DNA of 64,000 nucleotides, from the NCBI GenBank assembly GCA_965243605.1, contig CBDEVQ010000112.1, positions 2,325-66,324 of the forward strand, read 5' to 3'. A program made the position numbers and the translations under genes. The DNA is from Flavobacteriales bacterium. Its GTDB lineage: Bacteria; Bacteroidota; Bacteroidia; Flavobacteriales; CAJXXR01. The notes beneath the pieces are model-generated. The model was not told where the DNA came from, did not search any database, and worked only from the letters and a program-made list of their open reading frames with translations. Every line of letters starts with the position of its first letter. Within the stretch, counting starts at the first letter, position 1. Of the stretch, positions 28,359-38,910 are shown piece by piece.

Positions 28359-28962
28359 TAATAAATAGTACTAAAAAACCTAAATATAATACCTTATTAA
28401 TCATCCATATATCCAACACCATTGTTCTGGTCATAGATGTTAAAATATCACCCAAAATAAATATCAAAGTACTTGAGCTAATATACATCAAGATTGCTAC
28501 ATTGACATAAAGAAATACTTTTTTTCGGGTTAAGGAATTAAATAAATGTATAATTGAATATATAACTAAAGGTATAGATGTTAAAAATATTTCTAAAACA
28601 TTAAATGTCCATATTTTATCTGGATTATAATAGAAGTGAATACCTATAATTAGTGGCGTTACCACTAATAAAGTATTAACAAACTGCTTCTGTCTCAATG
28701 AAAACAAGGACTTATAAAATAGTGATAATAGTATAAATCTGGTAATAAAGTAAAAATGTGAAACAATTAAATTACCTACTTTTAGGTAATGCAATAATGA
28801 TATTGTAATTAAAATGCAAAACGATACGATAAAATACCAATACAGGATTCTAAACTGTCGTTTAAAACCCTGTATTATATTATGCTTAGAATATAAATAC
28901 AATATGACTAGAATTAATATATACTCTAGCGAACTCAATACTGTATCAAATACTTCGCTCAT
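28330..28962 (-). CDS. Polytopic membrane protein (about 6 TM helices), possibly the detached sensor module of the adjacent kinase
   Basis: 210 aa and almost entirely hydrophobic helices. Its 3' end overlaps the kinase ORF across an (AT)5 tract. Confidence 0.6.
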   Translation of the reverse strand: MSEVFDTVLSSLEYILILVILYLYSKHNIIQGFKRQFRILYWYFIVSFCILITISLLHYLKVGNLIVSHFYFITRFILLSLFYKSLFSLRQKQFVNTLLVVTPLIIGIHFYYNPDKIWTFNVLEIFLTSIPLVIYSIIHLFNSLTRKKVFLYVNVAILMYISSSTLIFILGDILTSMTRTMVLDIWMINKVLYLGFLVLFIIEYIYAKKR

Positions 28963-28979
28963 TCAATTATTTGGATGGA

Positions 28980-29402
28980 TTAAACAATGGACTTCCCTTG
29001 ATCGCAATGATTAGGACAAGGTAATGTAAAATCAAAAATTCCTGATCCTACTCGTGTAATTCCAGATTCTGGATAATCTCCATCTTGAATAATATCACAA
29101 TGTTCGCCTGTTTCTTGATTTAAAACAGTACCAACAATTAATAATTTCTCATTAGACCCTACCGTTGGATTTGTATCTTCTTTTATTCCCACATATGCTC
29201 TAAGCCCTTCATTTTCGCTAACATTCAAATGATAAGATGCTTGCCCAGGAATTTGTTGAAGAACATTCATTTCTGTTAACGTTTCAATAATATCCTCCAT
29301 AGGAATTAGAAAAGCTTTAGCTTTATTTGGATTTTCTGACTGCCATTTTGCAGCCCACTCTTTACCTTTAGTTAATGGAATTGTGTCTTTAATTAATGTC
29401 AT
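28980..29402 (-). CDS. Hypothetical protein (140 aa)
   Basis: I trimmed the ORF to MTLIKDTIPLTKG because a -7 box lies 25 nt upstream of that ATG. No recognisable motif. The C-terminus has a Cys/His cluster, LPCPNHCD. Confidence 0.55.
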   Translation of the reverse strand: MTLIKDTIPLTKGKEWAAKWQSENPNKAKAFLIPMEDIIETLTEMNVLQQIPGQASYHLNVSENEGLRAYVGIKEDTNPTVGSNEKLLIVGTVLNQETGEHCDIIQDGDYPESGITRVGSGIFDFTLPCPNHCDQGKSIV

Positions 29403-29426
29403 ACATTTCGATTTTTTGGTTATACT

Positions 29427-29434
29427 CAAATTTA
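29427..29434 (-). promoter_or_regulatory. Candidate -7 box (TAAATTTG) for the 140-aa hypothetical gene
   Basis: The minus strand reads TAAATTTG, 25 nt upstream of the ATG at 29402. Confidence 0.4.
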
Positions 29435-29718
29435 GATTATTGTATTGAAAAAAAAGGCAATGAATATCGCAAAAAAAAACACGTAAAAATACGTGGTTTA
29501 TATTTCGGTATTTTTGCGCGCACATTCCTTTATATCAAGATGTATCTTTGTTTCATCATTAAAATCAAAATGTTTTCTTTCTATAGAAAGCTTGATTTTG
29601 TTTTTATGAGGGGTATATTACATTATGATTATTTTAGATTAAAGAAAAGATTTGTAGCTCTATTTTTCTGGGGAGTGAGATAGACAAAACATATAAATCT
29701 TAATTTTATTATTTATCT

Positions 29719-29754
29719 AAAAAAGAGGGGAAATACATCACTGTATTTCCCCTC
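29719..29754 (-). terminator. Rho-independent terminator of the S46 peptidase gene
   Basis: GAGGGGAAATAC / GTATTTCCCCTC 12-bp stem, followed on the minus strand by T6. Confidence 0.75.
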
Positions 29755-29782
29755 GTTATTTTTATGAATATTTAAACTTAGT

Positions 29783-31951
29783 TTATTTAACCAATTCCAT
29801 TTCTTCAATTAAGTGTTTAGCTCCAGCATATTTATCAATAATAAATAATACATACCTCGCATCTACCATAATATTTCTACAACGTTTAACGTCATAGTTT
29901 AAATCACTCATTGTTCCTTCCCAGGCACGGTCAAAGTTTAATCCTATTAATTCTCCTTTTCCGTTTAATGCCGGACTTCCTGAGTTTCCTCCAGTTGTAT
30001 GATTACTTGCAATAAAACAAACAGGCATTTTCCCGTTATCATCTGCATATTGTCCATAATCATTCGTTTCATATAATTCAATTAGTTTTTTAGGCAAATC
30101 AAATTCATAATCTCCAGGAATATATTTAGCGATTACTCCATCTAAATAGGTTTGGTACTTATAAACTAGAGCATCTTTAGGAGACATTCCTTCTACCTTA
30201 CCATAACTTAATCGCATTGTACTATTTGCATCTGGATAAAATCTTTTTGCCGAAAACACTTCCATCTGAGCAGCCATATAATCTCTCATCAATCGATTTA
30301 TATTATCTTGAATGCTACCATATTTTGGAGTGATCTCACTATAGAAATAATCAGCTCCTTCCTTAAACATTTTATAGAATGGATCTTTAGATAATTTCTT
30401 TGCAATTTTCTTAGGAGATTGAGCCAACAATTTATTCATCTTTTCCTCAGAAACAATATAAGATTTCTTATATATTTTTTCTAAAACACTGTTGATATTC
30501 CCTTTCGATTTATTGTACATAGATTTATAAATACCAGGATATTGTCCTTCCTCTAAATCTTCAACATTTATCTTGATTAACGAGGCTAAGATATCTCTAT
30601 CTAAATCTACATTAAGGTCTTTAAAGTATTTAACAGAGCTTGATTTTAAACGTTCTACTCCAGCTTTAAACTTTTCCTCATCATCCTTTAGTTTTAACAA
30701 TCTATATATTCCGAAACATGATTGCATAGACGAAACATTAACATAAGATGTTTCAATAAAAAATTCTCTTGCTAAAGACAATGGCTTACGCTCTTGATAT
30801 AAACCTTTCATACTTGAAAGAATTCCATCGTATTTCTTATACTTTTTCATTCCTTTAGTATGAATGGTAAATTCAGACTCATACTGTCTTCTTTTATCCA
30901 ACCCTTTGCTTTCTTTTAACCCTGTATTTTCTCCGATCCATTTTTTATAACCATTAGAAATACTCGATTGCTTTGCTGCATATTGAATTTTCACTTTCTG
31001 ATCTGCACGCATACGCTTATCCATTAACTCTAATGTTGTCCCTCTCAACTTAATTTTAGCTGGGTTAATTACATTTAAAGTTTGATCTATCTCATCAGAT
31101 GGTAAGTATTCGTTTGTACGTCCTGGAAATCCAAATACCATTGTAAAATCACCTTCTTTTACACCTTTGATAGAGATTGGTAAACTGTGTGCAGGTACAT
31201 ATGGTACATTGTCTTTACTATAGGCTGCTGGCTTATTATTTTTATCAGCATAAATTCTGAAAATTGAAAAGTCACCTGTATGCCTTGGCCAAACCCAGTT
31301 GTCTGTATCGGCACCATATTTCCCAATAGACGACGGCGGTGCTCCAACCAATCTTACATCTGTAAATGTCTCAATAATAAATAAAAAGTATTGATTCCCT
31401 TTAAAAAAGGGCTTTACTTTAGCGGTATAATGTGTTCCACTTGTAGCGTCTTCAACAATTTTTTTAATATTTGCGGATATCGTATTTCGTCTTTCATCTT
31501 CAGACATCTTTGAGTCTACACCCATTAATGCTTGTTCAGAAACATCATCCATACGTTTAATGAACGCTGCTGTTAAACCTTCGTTAGGCAACTCTTCATT
31601 CCTGTCCATTGCCCAAAAACCATCTTTCAGGTAATCATGCTCTACCGAACTGTGGTTTTGTATTTGACCATATCCACAGTGGTGGTTGGTTAACATTAAA
31701 CCTTCTTTAGAAATCATTTCGGCTGTACATCCACCTCCAAAATGAACAATAGCATCTTTTAAACTTGATTTATTAATAGAATAGATGTCTTCAGCGGTTA
31801 ACTCAAGTCCCATATCTATCATTTCATCTTCATTTAACTGCTCTAAAAGCATTGGAATCCACATTCCTTCATCTGCTTTAAGTGTCGTTCCGAATAACGA
31901 CAAACTTAAAATAGCAATAGTTAAATACTTCTGAATTCTCGTATTCTTCAT
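29783..31951 (-). CDS. Peptidase S46 family dipeptidyl-peptidase (DPP7/DPP11 family; DPP11-like S1 residue)
   Basis: The mature N-terminus ADEGMWIP follows the signal peptide. Catalytic motifs are TNHHCGYG (His) and GGNSGSP (Ser). I trimmed the start to MKNTRIQKYL (ATG at 31951). Confidence 0.9.
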   Translation of the reverse strand: MKNTRIQKYLTIAILSLSLFGTTLKADEGMWIPMLLEQLNEDEMIDMGLELTAEDIYSINKSSLKDAIVHFGGGCTAEMISKEGLMLTNHHCGYGQIQNHSSVEHDYLKDGFWAMDRNEELPNEGLTAAFIKRMDDVSEQALMGVDSKMSEDERRNTISANIKKIVEDATSGTHYTAKVKPFFKGNQYFLFIIETFTDVRLVGAPPSSIGKYGADTDNWVWPRHTGDFSIFRIYADKNNKPAAYSKDNVPYVPAHSLPISIKGVKEGDFTMVFGFPGRTNEYLPSDEIDQTLNVINPAKIKLRGTTLELMDKRMRADQKVKIQYAAKQSSISNGYKKWIGENTGLKESKGLDKRRQYESEFTIHTKGMKKYKKYDGILSSMKGLYQERKPLSLAREFFIETSYVNVSSMQSCFGIYRLLKLKDDEEKFKAGVERLKSSSVKYFKDLNVDLDRDILASLIKINVEDLEEGQYPGIYKSMYNKSKGNINSVLEKIYKKSYIVSEEKMNKLLAQSPKKIAKKLSKDPFYKMFKEGADYFYSEITPKYGSIQDNINRLMRDYMAAQMEVFSAKRFYPDANSTMRLSYGKVEGMSPKDALVYKYQTYLDGVIAKYIPGDYEFDLPKKLIELYETNDYGQYADDNGKMPVCFIASNHTTGGNSGSPALNGKGELIGLNFDRAWEGTMSDLNYDVKRCRNIMVDARYVLFIIDKYAGAKHLIEEMELVK

Positions 31952-32067
31952 GTATATCGTCTTTATATTTTTAACTTTCAATACGTTTGTAAAATGCAAT
32001 ATTCTTACCAACATGCAATATAGAAATATTCTCACATTTTATTCTAGGTATAACAACCTTCTTCCTT

Positions 32068-32481
32068 CTACTGACTAATATGTATATAAGATTTTATTTT
32101 TTCAATAAATTCTTCTTTAATATCCGAAGGTCTCATTGTTTTTGCATCTAAAAACACAAGGGTTGTACTCGCTTTGGTTAATAAAACCTCTCCGTTATAA
32201 ATGCTATAGTCAAATACAATTCTACTCCCTTTAATTTTAGAAATCCATGTGCACACCTTTAAAACCTCATCATATCGAGCCGGTTTAATGTATTTTAAAT
32301 TTAAATCTAAAATGGGAGACATAACCCCTGCTTTTTCCATTTCGTTATAAGGCATACCACAAGAGCGCATAAGTTCTGTTCTTGCCACTTCTAAATATTT
32401 CACATAAGAACCATGATGCATTACACCCATTTGATCCGTATCTGCATACATTACTCTAAATTCAGTTTCGAAGGTTGTCAT
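32068..32481 (-). CDS. YbgC/4HBT-family acyl-CoA thioesterase
   Basis: Hot-dog fold signature RVMYADTDQMGVMHHGSYVKYLEVAR. I trimmed the start to MTTFETEF. Confidence 0.85.
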   Translation of the reverse strand: MTTFETEFRVMYADTDQMGVMHHGSYVKYLEVARTELMRSCGMPYNEMEKAGVMSPILDLNLKYIKPARYDEVLKVCTWISKIKGSRIVFDYSIYNGEVLLTKASTTLVFLDAKTMRPSDIKEEFIEKIKSYIHISQ

Positions 32482-32594
32482 TCTATTTTTTTTGCAAATT
32501 ACTGAAGTTTTAGAAAACATTGGTGATATAGTCCTCAAACAATAATTATTTACCCCCCTCGTTTTATCTTATTATAATCCTACTTATTCTAATT

Positions 32595-33791
32595 ATGAGA
32601 TATTTAAAATTTGGTTTTTTATTTTGCTTAGGCTTTTTGATTCTCATCATACTTCTAGTTCGTTTTACCGGTTTAATTATGAGCGTAGGGCCTTTTAGGT
32701 TTGACTTTGATGAAAAACACAATCATTTTTTATTTAACGAACGCCCACCGGTAGAGTTAAATGGAATTGATGGCCCCTATATTTATGGTGACACCTTATA
32801 TCAAATCAACCATTTATCAGAATTAGAATCTAAGCGTATTGATATTCACCAACCTATTCCAATCTACTTAAATGACCCATCACATCCAGAATTTAAGATT
32901 ACTTTAAAACCCGTTATTCCTAACAATAAAAGCATTTACAAAATGCCCAAAGCACTCATTGCCATTTCTGATATAGAAGGTAATTTCAATGCTTTCTCTG
33001 GCTTTTTAATCGCCAATGGGGTTATTGACAAACACTATAATTGGATATTTAATGATGGTCATATCGTATTAAATGGTGATTTTGTTGATCGAGGAAAGCA
33101 CGTTTCTCAGGTTCTTTGGCTTATATATAAATTAGAACAAGAGGCCATGAACGCTGGTGGTAAGGTTCATTTTATTTTAGGAAATCATGAAATCATGAAC
33201 ATTCAAGGTAATTTTACTTATGCCAAAAATAAGTATAAAAAAATTTCGACTCTACTTCCTAAAAGTAAATCCAATAAAAACAAATACACATCTATATATA
33301 GTAAACAAGCTGTATTAGGTCAATGGATAAGAAGCAAACCTATTGTTGTTAAAATAGGAGATTATATTTTTACTAATGCTGGATTAAGTCCTCAATTTTC
33401 AATCTATCAATTAAGCCTTCCAAAAATAAATTCTATTGCTCATCAATATTTAGATCAGGATATTTACAATACTCCCATTAAAGACAATCAGGTTAATTTG
33501 GTATGTGGTAAGCAAAGTCCTTTCTGGTATAGAGGCCTTGTACAAGATTATAAATATTATAAAAAGATAGAACCTAAAAATTTAGATAAACTGTTAAAAT
33601 TTTATTCGGCAAAATCTATTTGTATAGGGCACACCATTGTTGACGATGTTTCTTTAGATTATCAAGGTAAAGTGATCCGAATGGATGTAAAACATGGAAA
33701 AGAGAAGTACTCGAGCGATACTCAAGGACTACTAATTACGAATAATTTAACATATAGGATTAATGGGCTTGGTGAAACGATTTCCATTTAA
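32595..33791 (+). CDS. Membrane-anchored metallophosphoesterase (PPP/calcineurin-like)
   Basis: Motifs ISDIEGN, GDFVDRG and GNHE, plus an N-terminal TM helix. Confidence 0.85.
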   Translation: MRYLKFGFLFCLGFLILIILLVRFTGLIMSVGPFRFDFDEKHNHFLFNERPPVELNGIDGPYIYGDTLYQINHLSELESKRIDIHQPIPIYLNDPSHPEFKITLKPVIPNNKSIYKMPKALIAISDIEGNFNAFSGFLIANGVIDKHYNWIFNDGHIVLNGDFVDRGKHVSQVLWLIYKLEQEAMNAGGKVHFILGNHEIMNIQGNFTYAKNKYKKISTLLPKSKSNKNKYTSIYSKQAVLGQWIRSKPIVVKIGDYIFTNAGLSPQFSIYQLSLPKINSIAHQYLDQDIYNTPIKDNQVNLVCGKQSPFWYRGLVQDYKYYKKIEPKNLDKLLKFYSAKSICIGHTIVDDVSLDYQGKVIRMDVKHGKEKYSSDTQGLLITNNLTYRINGLGETISI

Positions 33792-33806
33792 TATTGAAAC
33801 AAAAAA

Positions 33807-33835
33807 AGGACTACAAATTAATGTAGTCCTTTTTT
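33807..33835. terminator. Bidirectional rho-independent terminator
   Basis: AGGACTACA / TGTAGTCCT stem flanked by A7 and T5. It lies between the convergent phosphoesterase and secG genes. Confidence 0.75.
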
Positions 33836-33856
33836 AAATATTGAAACAAATGCTGC

Positions 33857-34255
33857 CTATTTTGGCGCTTCTGTATTTTCTTCTGTTGCTTCTGTTGGTG
33901 TAACAGGCGTTTCTGTAGATGTTGGTGTTGCAGATTCTGTTGCAGCATCGATATCTAAACCTTGCTCTGTAGATGGTGCAGCAGCATCCTGAAGCACTTG
34001 ATTATCGATTTGAATAGTATCTCCGTCAGATATTGGGTTCCCAATAATATGTGTACCCATAACTAGAACTAATAAAGCAATTGCCATAGCCCATGTTGTT
34101 TTCTCAAGGAAATTTGTTGTCTTTTGAACACCTAAAACTTGGTTACCACCTCCAAATGTTGAAGATAAACCTCCACCTTTCGGATTTTGTACCATAACTG
34201 TAATTATTAACAGGATACAAACAATGATTAATAATACTCCAATAAGTTCTAACAT
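33857..34255 (-). CDS. secG: Preprotein translocase subunit SecG, with an extended acidic T/E/P-rich tail
   Basis: VMVQNPKGGGLSSTFGG signature and two TM helices. Confidence 0.88.
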   Translation of the reverse strand: MLELIGVLLIIVCILLIITVMVQNPKGGGLSSTFGGGNQVLGVQKTTNFLEKTTWAMAIALLVLVMGTHIIGNPISDGDTIQIDNQVLQDAAAPSTEQGLDIDAATESATPTSTETPVTPTEATEENTEAPK

Positions 34256-34256
34256 G

Positions 34257-35018
34257 TTATTTATTTTTTTTCAGTTCTTTAATTTCTTCTATACGGTTTG
34301 CAAAGAAACTACTTTTTTGTGGATTTTTCAAACTTAATATCTCATAAGCTTCAATTGCTTTCTTATATAACCCTTGATTTAGGTAAATTTTAGCCAAAGT
34401 TTCTGTTGTAAATGTATTAGATTCTGTAATACTACCCTCTGCGAGATTTTTATTTTTCCCAGAAATTTTGGTTTTATCGGCTTTAAACAAAACTTTATTA
34501 TTTAAAAACTCTTCTATACGATCTATTTTATCGTTTTTTTCTTCTAATTCTTTTTCTTCAACCACATTTTTAATTTCTTCAATAGACTTATCTTGTTGAC
34601 CCATTGCTAACTTTAACCAATACGAATAAGATAATTCATCTTGTACAGTTTCCTTAGACGTCTCACTTAATCCTAAATACACTTCTTCTTGATTATCTTG
34701 AGGGTCTTCGTCCTCATTATTATCGAGGTATTCAGCTGGAGATTCATTAGACACATTGTTGTTTAATAGATTATCAGCATCTGTAATTTCTGTTAATTTA
34801 AAAAAAGTCTTCATGGCATCATGAGCCAAACAAGTGGTCTTTCTTAAATTTTTATCGTAAACACTTTTATCGTCTATATTCTGTAAAGCTTTTTGATATA
34901 ATAGTTGCCCCAACTGAAAATATGGAAATTTTTTGCACAGCTGTTTTAACCCTTGCAATTGTTTTTCAGTTAGGTCCTTAATATTTGACTCAATATGTAA
35001 TAATTGATTCAATTCCAT
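34257..35018 (-). CDS. Hypothetical protein with a C-terminal TPR-like motif
   Basis: 253 aa with an acidic middle region and a C-terminal [26 protein letters not shown]. It has 1-nt gaps to both the LptE-like gene and secG. Confidence 0.6.
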   Translation of the reverse strand: MELNQLLHIESNIKDLTEKQLQGLKQLCKKFPYFQLGQLLYQKALQNIDDKSVYDKNLRKTTCLAHDAMKTFFKLTEITDADNLLNNNVSNESPAEYLDNNEDEDPQDNQEEVYLGLSETSKETVQDELSYSYWLKLAMGQQDKSIEEIKNVVEEKELEEKNDKIDRIEEFLNNKVLFKADKTKISGKNKNLAEGSITESNTFTTETLAKIYLNQGLYKKAIEAYEILSLKNPQKSSFFANRIEEIKELKKNK

Positions 35019-35019
35019 T

Positions 35020-35523
35020 TTACCAATTTGCTAATGATTCATTAAACATCTTATCGACTAGTTCATCAATTATCTCACCTAAAAATTGCTGTTCAGCATC
35101 TTGAAAGGTTGTTGTACTTGGGAAATTACGAGTCGCACTAAATGCCATTTCGAAATTATTCTTTTCCTCCTTACTATTGGTAAAGGTACATTTTATTCCG
35201 ACTCTAAATTGACTTTCGGCTGCAACAGCTCCAGAGCTAATAGACGTTGGTTGAATGGTATAAGATTCGACAATAATATCATATACCAAACCTCCATTTC
35301 TAGGTAATTCTTGTAAAGATGTTTGTCGATTTAATCGTGTTACTAATCCATCTTGTAAATTAATAGCTAAATCTGGATTTACTGTACTCGACTGATTCAC
35401 GATTCTGGACACCGTAAATGTTTCTAAATCAGGATGAACATCAGCCCCAGTAAACGAATAAAATTTACAAGACTGAAATAAGACTCCTATCCCTAAAATA
35501 AGTATTAATACTCCTTTTTTCAT
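35020..35523 (-). CDS. LptE-like lipoprotein
   Basis: Signal peptide with lipobox-like QSC followed by KFYSFTGA. The size and its position next to secG resemble flavobacterial LptE-family proteins. The assignment is by pattern memory only. Confidence 0.5.
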   Translation of the reverse strand: MKKGVLILILGIGVLFQSCKFYSFTGADVHPDLETFTVSRIVNQSSTVNPDLAINLQDGLVTRLNRQTSLQELPRNGGLVYDIIVESYTIQPTSISSGAVAAESQFRVGIKCTFTNSKEEKNNFEMAFSATRNFPSTTTFQDAEQQFLGEIIDELVDKMFNESLANW

Positions 35524-36827
35524 AAATCGTATTGTTTTATTTTTCTATACAAAGTACGTTCAGAAATATCCAATTCTTTGGCCGCTTCTTTTCGTTTTCC
35601 TTTATATTTCTCTAACGCACGTTTTATCATTTTAATCTCCATATCTTGTAAAGATAATGGTTCTTCGTTTGTTTGAACATCTTCCACCTCAATTGATTTA
35701 ATTTCAATAGGTTGATCTTCTATAGCATTGGGCACCGAAGGTGTAAACGTATTATTTGACGATAAATTAAAATCGTAATCTTCAACTTTAGGTTCTTGAA
35801 GTTGTAATATTTGAGATGAAGGTTGTTGAACATCTGACTGAACATCTTGATTCAATTTTTGAATAAGCTGTGCATTATCAGCAACAAAATCGGCGTTATA
35901 CCCTTGTTTCATAAGGTCTAATGTCAACTTTTTTAATTCTGAAAGATCTTTTTTCATATCAAAAAGAACTTTATACAACAATTCTCGTTCGTCGTAATTC
36001 TCCTGTCCTTTTTGATCTGCAACCATTACAGATCTTGAAGCCGATTTATAATTTGGCAAAAATTCTTTTAAGGCCAAAGCATCAATCATTCTCTCTTCCT
36101 GAAGAACCGAAAGTTGTTCAACCACATTTCTCAATTGACGAATATTACCTGGCCAATTGTAACGCATTATAAGGTCTATAGCATCTTGGCTTAAGCGTAT
36201 AGCTGGAATATTATATTTACCTGCAAAATCGGAAGCAAATTTCCTAAACAACAAGTGAATATCCTGTCCTCTCTCTCTTAAAGGAGGTAGTTCTATACGC
36301 ATAGTATTTAAACGATAGAAGAGATCTTCACGAAATTTACCATCTTGTATGGCTTGAAAAAGATTAACATGAGATGCAGCTACAATTCTAACATTTGTTT
36401 TGAGAACTTTAGAAGAACCTACTTTAATAAATTCTCCAGTTTCTAAAACTCTTAACAATCTTACTTGGGTTGCCAATGGTAATTCTGCAACTTCGTCAAG
36501 AAATATAGTTCCTCCATCTGCTTCTTCAAAATACCCTTTTCGAGATCCCGTCGCTCCGGTAAAAGCCCCTTTTTCGTGCCCAAATAATTCAGAATCTATG
36601 GTTCCATCTGGAATGGCTCCACAGTTTACTGGAATAAAGGCTTTATGTTTACGTAGAGATAACTGATGAATTATTTTTGGAATAGCTTCTTTACCTGTTC
36701 CACTTTCTCCAGAAATTAGGACAGATATATCTGTTGGAGCTACCTGAATGGCTTTACGAATCGCTCGATCTAAACCAACTGAAAATCCTACAATTCCAAA
36801 TCTACTTTTAATATCTTGTTCTTTCAT
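35520..36827 (-). CDS. Sigma-54-dependent transcriptional activator (AAA+ and Fis-type HTH, no N-terminal sensory domain)
   Basis: GESGTGKE Walker A, the GAFTGA sigma-54 contact loop, and a C-terminal HTH (AAKELDISERTLYRKIKQY). I trimmed the start to MKEQDIKSRFGIVG. Its stop overlaps the LptE-like start as ATGA. Confidence 0.9.
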   Translation of the reverse strand: MKEQDIKSRFGIVGFSVGLDRAIRKAIQVAPTDISVLISGESGTGKEAIPKIIHQLSLRKHKAFIPVNCGAIPDGTIDSELFGHEKGAFTGATGSRKGYFEEADGGTIFLDEVAELPLATQVRLLRVLETGEFIKVGSSKVLKTNVRIVAASHVNLFQAIQDGKFREDLFYRLNTMRIELPPLRERGQDIHLLFRKFASDFAGKYNIPAIRLSQDAIDLIMRYNWPGNIRQLRNVVEQLSVLQEERMIDALALKEFLPNYKSASRSVMVADQKGQENYDERELLYKVLFDMKKDLSELKKLTLDLMKQGYNADFVADNAQLIQKLNQDVQSDVQQPSSQILQLQEPKVEDYDFNLSSNNTFTPSVPNAIEDQPIEIKSIEVEDVQTNEEPLSLQDMEIKMIKRALEKYKGKRKEAAKELDISERTLYRKIKQYDL

Positions 36828-36946
36828 AACTATTTTAGGTATTGAAAGTCTTATTATAGTCTCAATTATATTATACAATTCAAAAACACACTATTTATTT
36901 CATATTTCAGTTAGAAATTAAATAAATGTTTTTGTTAGATCTTTAG

Positions 36947-36983
36947 AAAAAAAATCCCCTTTATTAAACTAAAGAGGATTTTT
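36947..36983 (-). terminator. Rho-independent terminator of miaB
   Basis: AATCCCCTTTA / TAAAGAGGATT stem (10 of 11 pairs), with a T8 run on the minus strand. Confidence 0.6.
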
Positions 36984-36989
36984 CATTAT

Positions 36990-38435
36990 TTATTTTACAG
37001 CAGTTCCAAAAAGAGTTGCTGTTGTACAATCATCTACCATAACATTTACAAAATCTCCTTTTTTGTACGTTTCTTTAGGGAAAATAATTACCGTATTTCT
37101 CGAGTTACGTCCATATAAATGTTCATCTGATCGTTTAGAGAACCCTTCAACTAAAACTTCATATACTTTACCAACTTGTTTCTGATTATTAATCATAGCA
37201 TGCTGACGTTGAAGTGTTATAATTTCTGCTAAACGACGTTGCTTTTCTTCCTTAGATACATCATCTTCCATTTTTTTAGCAGCCATTGTATTTGGACGCT
37301 CAGAATATGCAAACATGTATCCATAGTCAAACTCTACATACTTCATTAACTCTAAAGTATCTAAATGCTCTTCTGGTGTTTCAGAACAAAATCCTGTAAT
37401 AATATCGTGAGAAATTCCACAATCAGGAATAATACGTTTAATAGAATCTATACGTTCTCTATACCATGCATTTGTATACCCTCTATTCATTAGTTTTAAA
37501 ATTCTATCGTTACCCGACTGGAATGGTAAATGAATATAGTTACAAATGTTATCGTATTTAGCCATAGTATATAATACATCGTCTCCCATATCTTGTGGAT
37601 GAGATGTTGAGAATCGAATTCTCATATTTGGAACAGCTATCGCTACTTTTTCTAATAATTGAGCAAAATTAGTACTTGTTGCTTTTTCAATTTCAGATAA
37701 ATTCTTAAAATTCTTTTTAGGACCACCTCCATACCAAAGGTAAGAATCTACGTTTTGACCTAAAAGTGTGATTTCTTTATATCCGTTTTCAGCTAGTTCA
37801 ATAACCTCTTGTGTGATACTTTCTACATCACGGCTACGTTCTCTACCACGGGTAAAAGGAACAACACAGAATGCACACATATTATCGCACCCTCTCATAA
37901 TAGATACAAATGCAGAAATTCCATTTCCTCCTAATCTTACAGGAGCAATATCAGCATATGTTTCTTCGGTACTTAATAATACATTAACCGCTTTACGACC
38001 ACCATCTAATTCTGTTAGTAAATTCGGTAAATCTCTATAAGCATCTGGTCCTACAACCAAATCAACAATTTTCTCTTCTTCTAAAAACTTATCCTTTAAA
38101 CGTTCTGCCATACAACCTAATACACCAACTTTCATCTTTGGTTTATTTCGTTTTAGCTTTTTAAAGTTAGTTAAACGTTTACGGATTGTTTGCTCCGCTT
38201 TTTCACGAATAGAACAAGAGTTCAATAAAATTAAATCGGCTTCTTCTAAATCACGTGTTGTAGAATAACCGTCTTTATTTAAAATAGAAGCTACAATCTC
38301 TGAATCAGAAAAATTCATTTGACATCCGTAACTTTCTATATATAGCTTTTTCGATCCCTCATGAGCATCAATGACAGTTGCTTGCCCTTGTTGACTTTCG
38401 TCTAATTGTTTATGTTGGTCTGTTGTATGGTCCAT
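36990..38435 (-). CDS. miaB: tRNA (N6-isopentenyl adenosine(37)-C2)-methylthiotransferase
   Basis: N-terminal UPF0004 cysteines (YGCQMN), a radical-SAM CxxxCxxC (CDNMCAFC) and a TRAM C-terminus. I trimmed the start to MDHTTDQ. Confidence 0.93.
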   Translation of the reverse strand: MDHTTDQHKQLDESQQGQATVIDAHEGSKKLYIESYGCQMNFSDSEIVASILNKDGYSTTRDLEEADLILLNSCSIREKAEQTIRKRLTNFKKLKRNKPKMKVGVLGCMAERLKDKFLEEEKIVDLVVGPDAYRDLPNLLTELDGGRKAVNVLLSTEETYADIAPVRLGGNGISAFVSIMRGCDNMCAFCVVPFTRGRERSRDVESITQEVIELAENGYKEITLLGQNVDSYLWYGGGPKKNFKNLSEIEKATSTNFAQLLEKVAIAVPNMRIRFSTSHPQDMGDDVLYTMAKYDNICNYIHLPFQSGNDRILKLMNRGYTNAWYRERIDSIKRIIPDCGISHDIITGFCSETPEEHLDTLELMKYVEFDYGYMFAYSERPNTMAAKKMEDDVSKEEKQRRLAEIITLQRQHAMINNQKQVGKVYEVLVEGFSKRSDEHLYGRNSRNTVIIFPKETYKKGDFVNVMVDDCTTATLFGTAVK

Positions 38436-38910
38436 TTTCAGGTATTTTGTGCAAAAGTACAATATTTTTATATAAACGTGTCAAGTTGTCAGGGTAAAAT
38501 AAAGATCAAATATTATTATTGATTTTAAAATATGTTAAGCTAACCCTTATGTTTATTATTAAGTTGTATAAAGAATTTAGATCTTTGTATTACTCCTAAT
38601 CTTTTACTTGTTTAATATACAAACAATTTTTGCCTTATCTCACTTTAGCAATTATTTTCAAATACGGCTATAAATCTCTTTTAAACTCTAACAAAAATAC
38701 ATTATCATTCCTATTTAATGTATATTTCTAAAACAGCCAATCCAATGGCTTTTCCAAGTATTATTTATCTCTAATAAATTCCCTATACACTTATCCTTAA
38801 CTAGATACTTTTACAACAGTGATCTAAATCCATAAATTGTAAAATCCCAATTTTTGTTTTATATTGACCTAACAAACACACTATCAATCTTTAAATTCTA
38901 TTACACTACC

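Noticed and set aside
29396-29683. Plus-strand 95-aa ORF in the spacer between the 140-aa hypothetical gene and the S46 peptidase. Nearby are a CTTTCTATAGAAAG palindrome (about 29575-29590) and a TATTTTTG box.
   Set aside because: The translation is low-complexity (F/Y/K/I-rich), as expected from AT-rich non-coding DNA. The ORF overlaps the minus-strand gene start and promoter. The palindrome is short and could simply be promoter-region structure.
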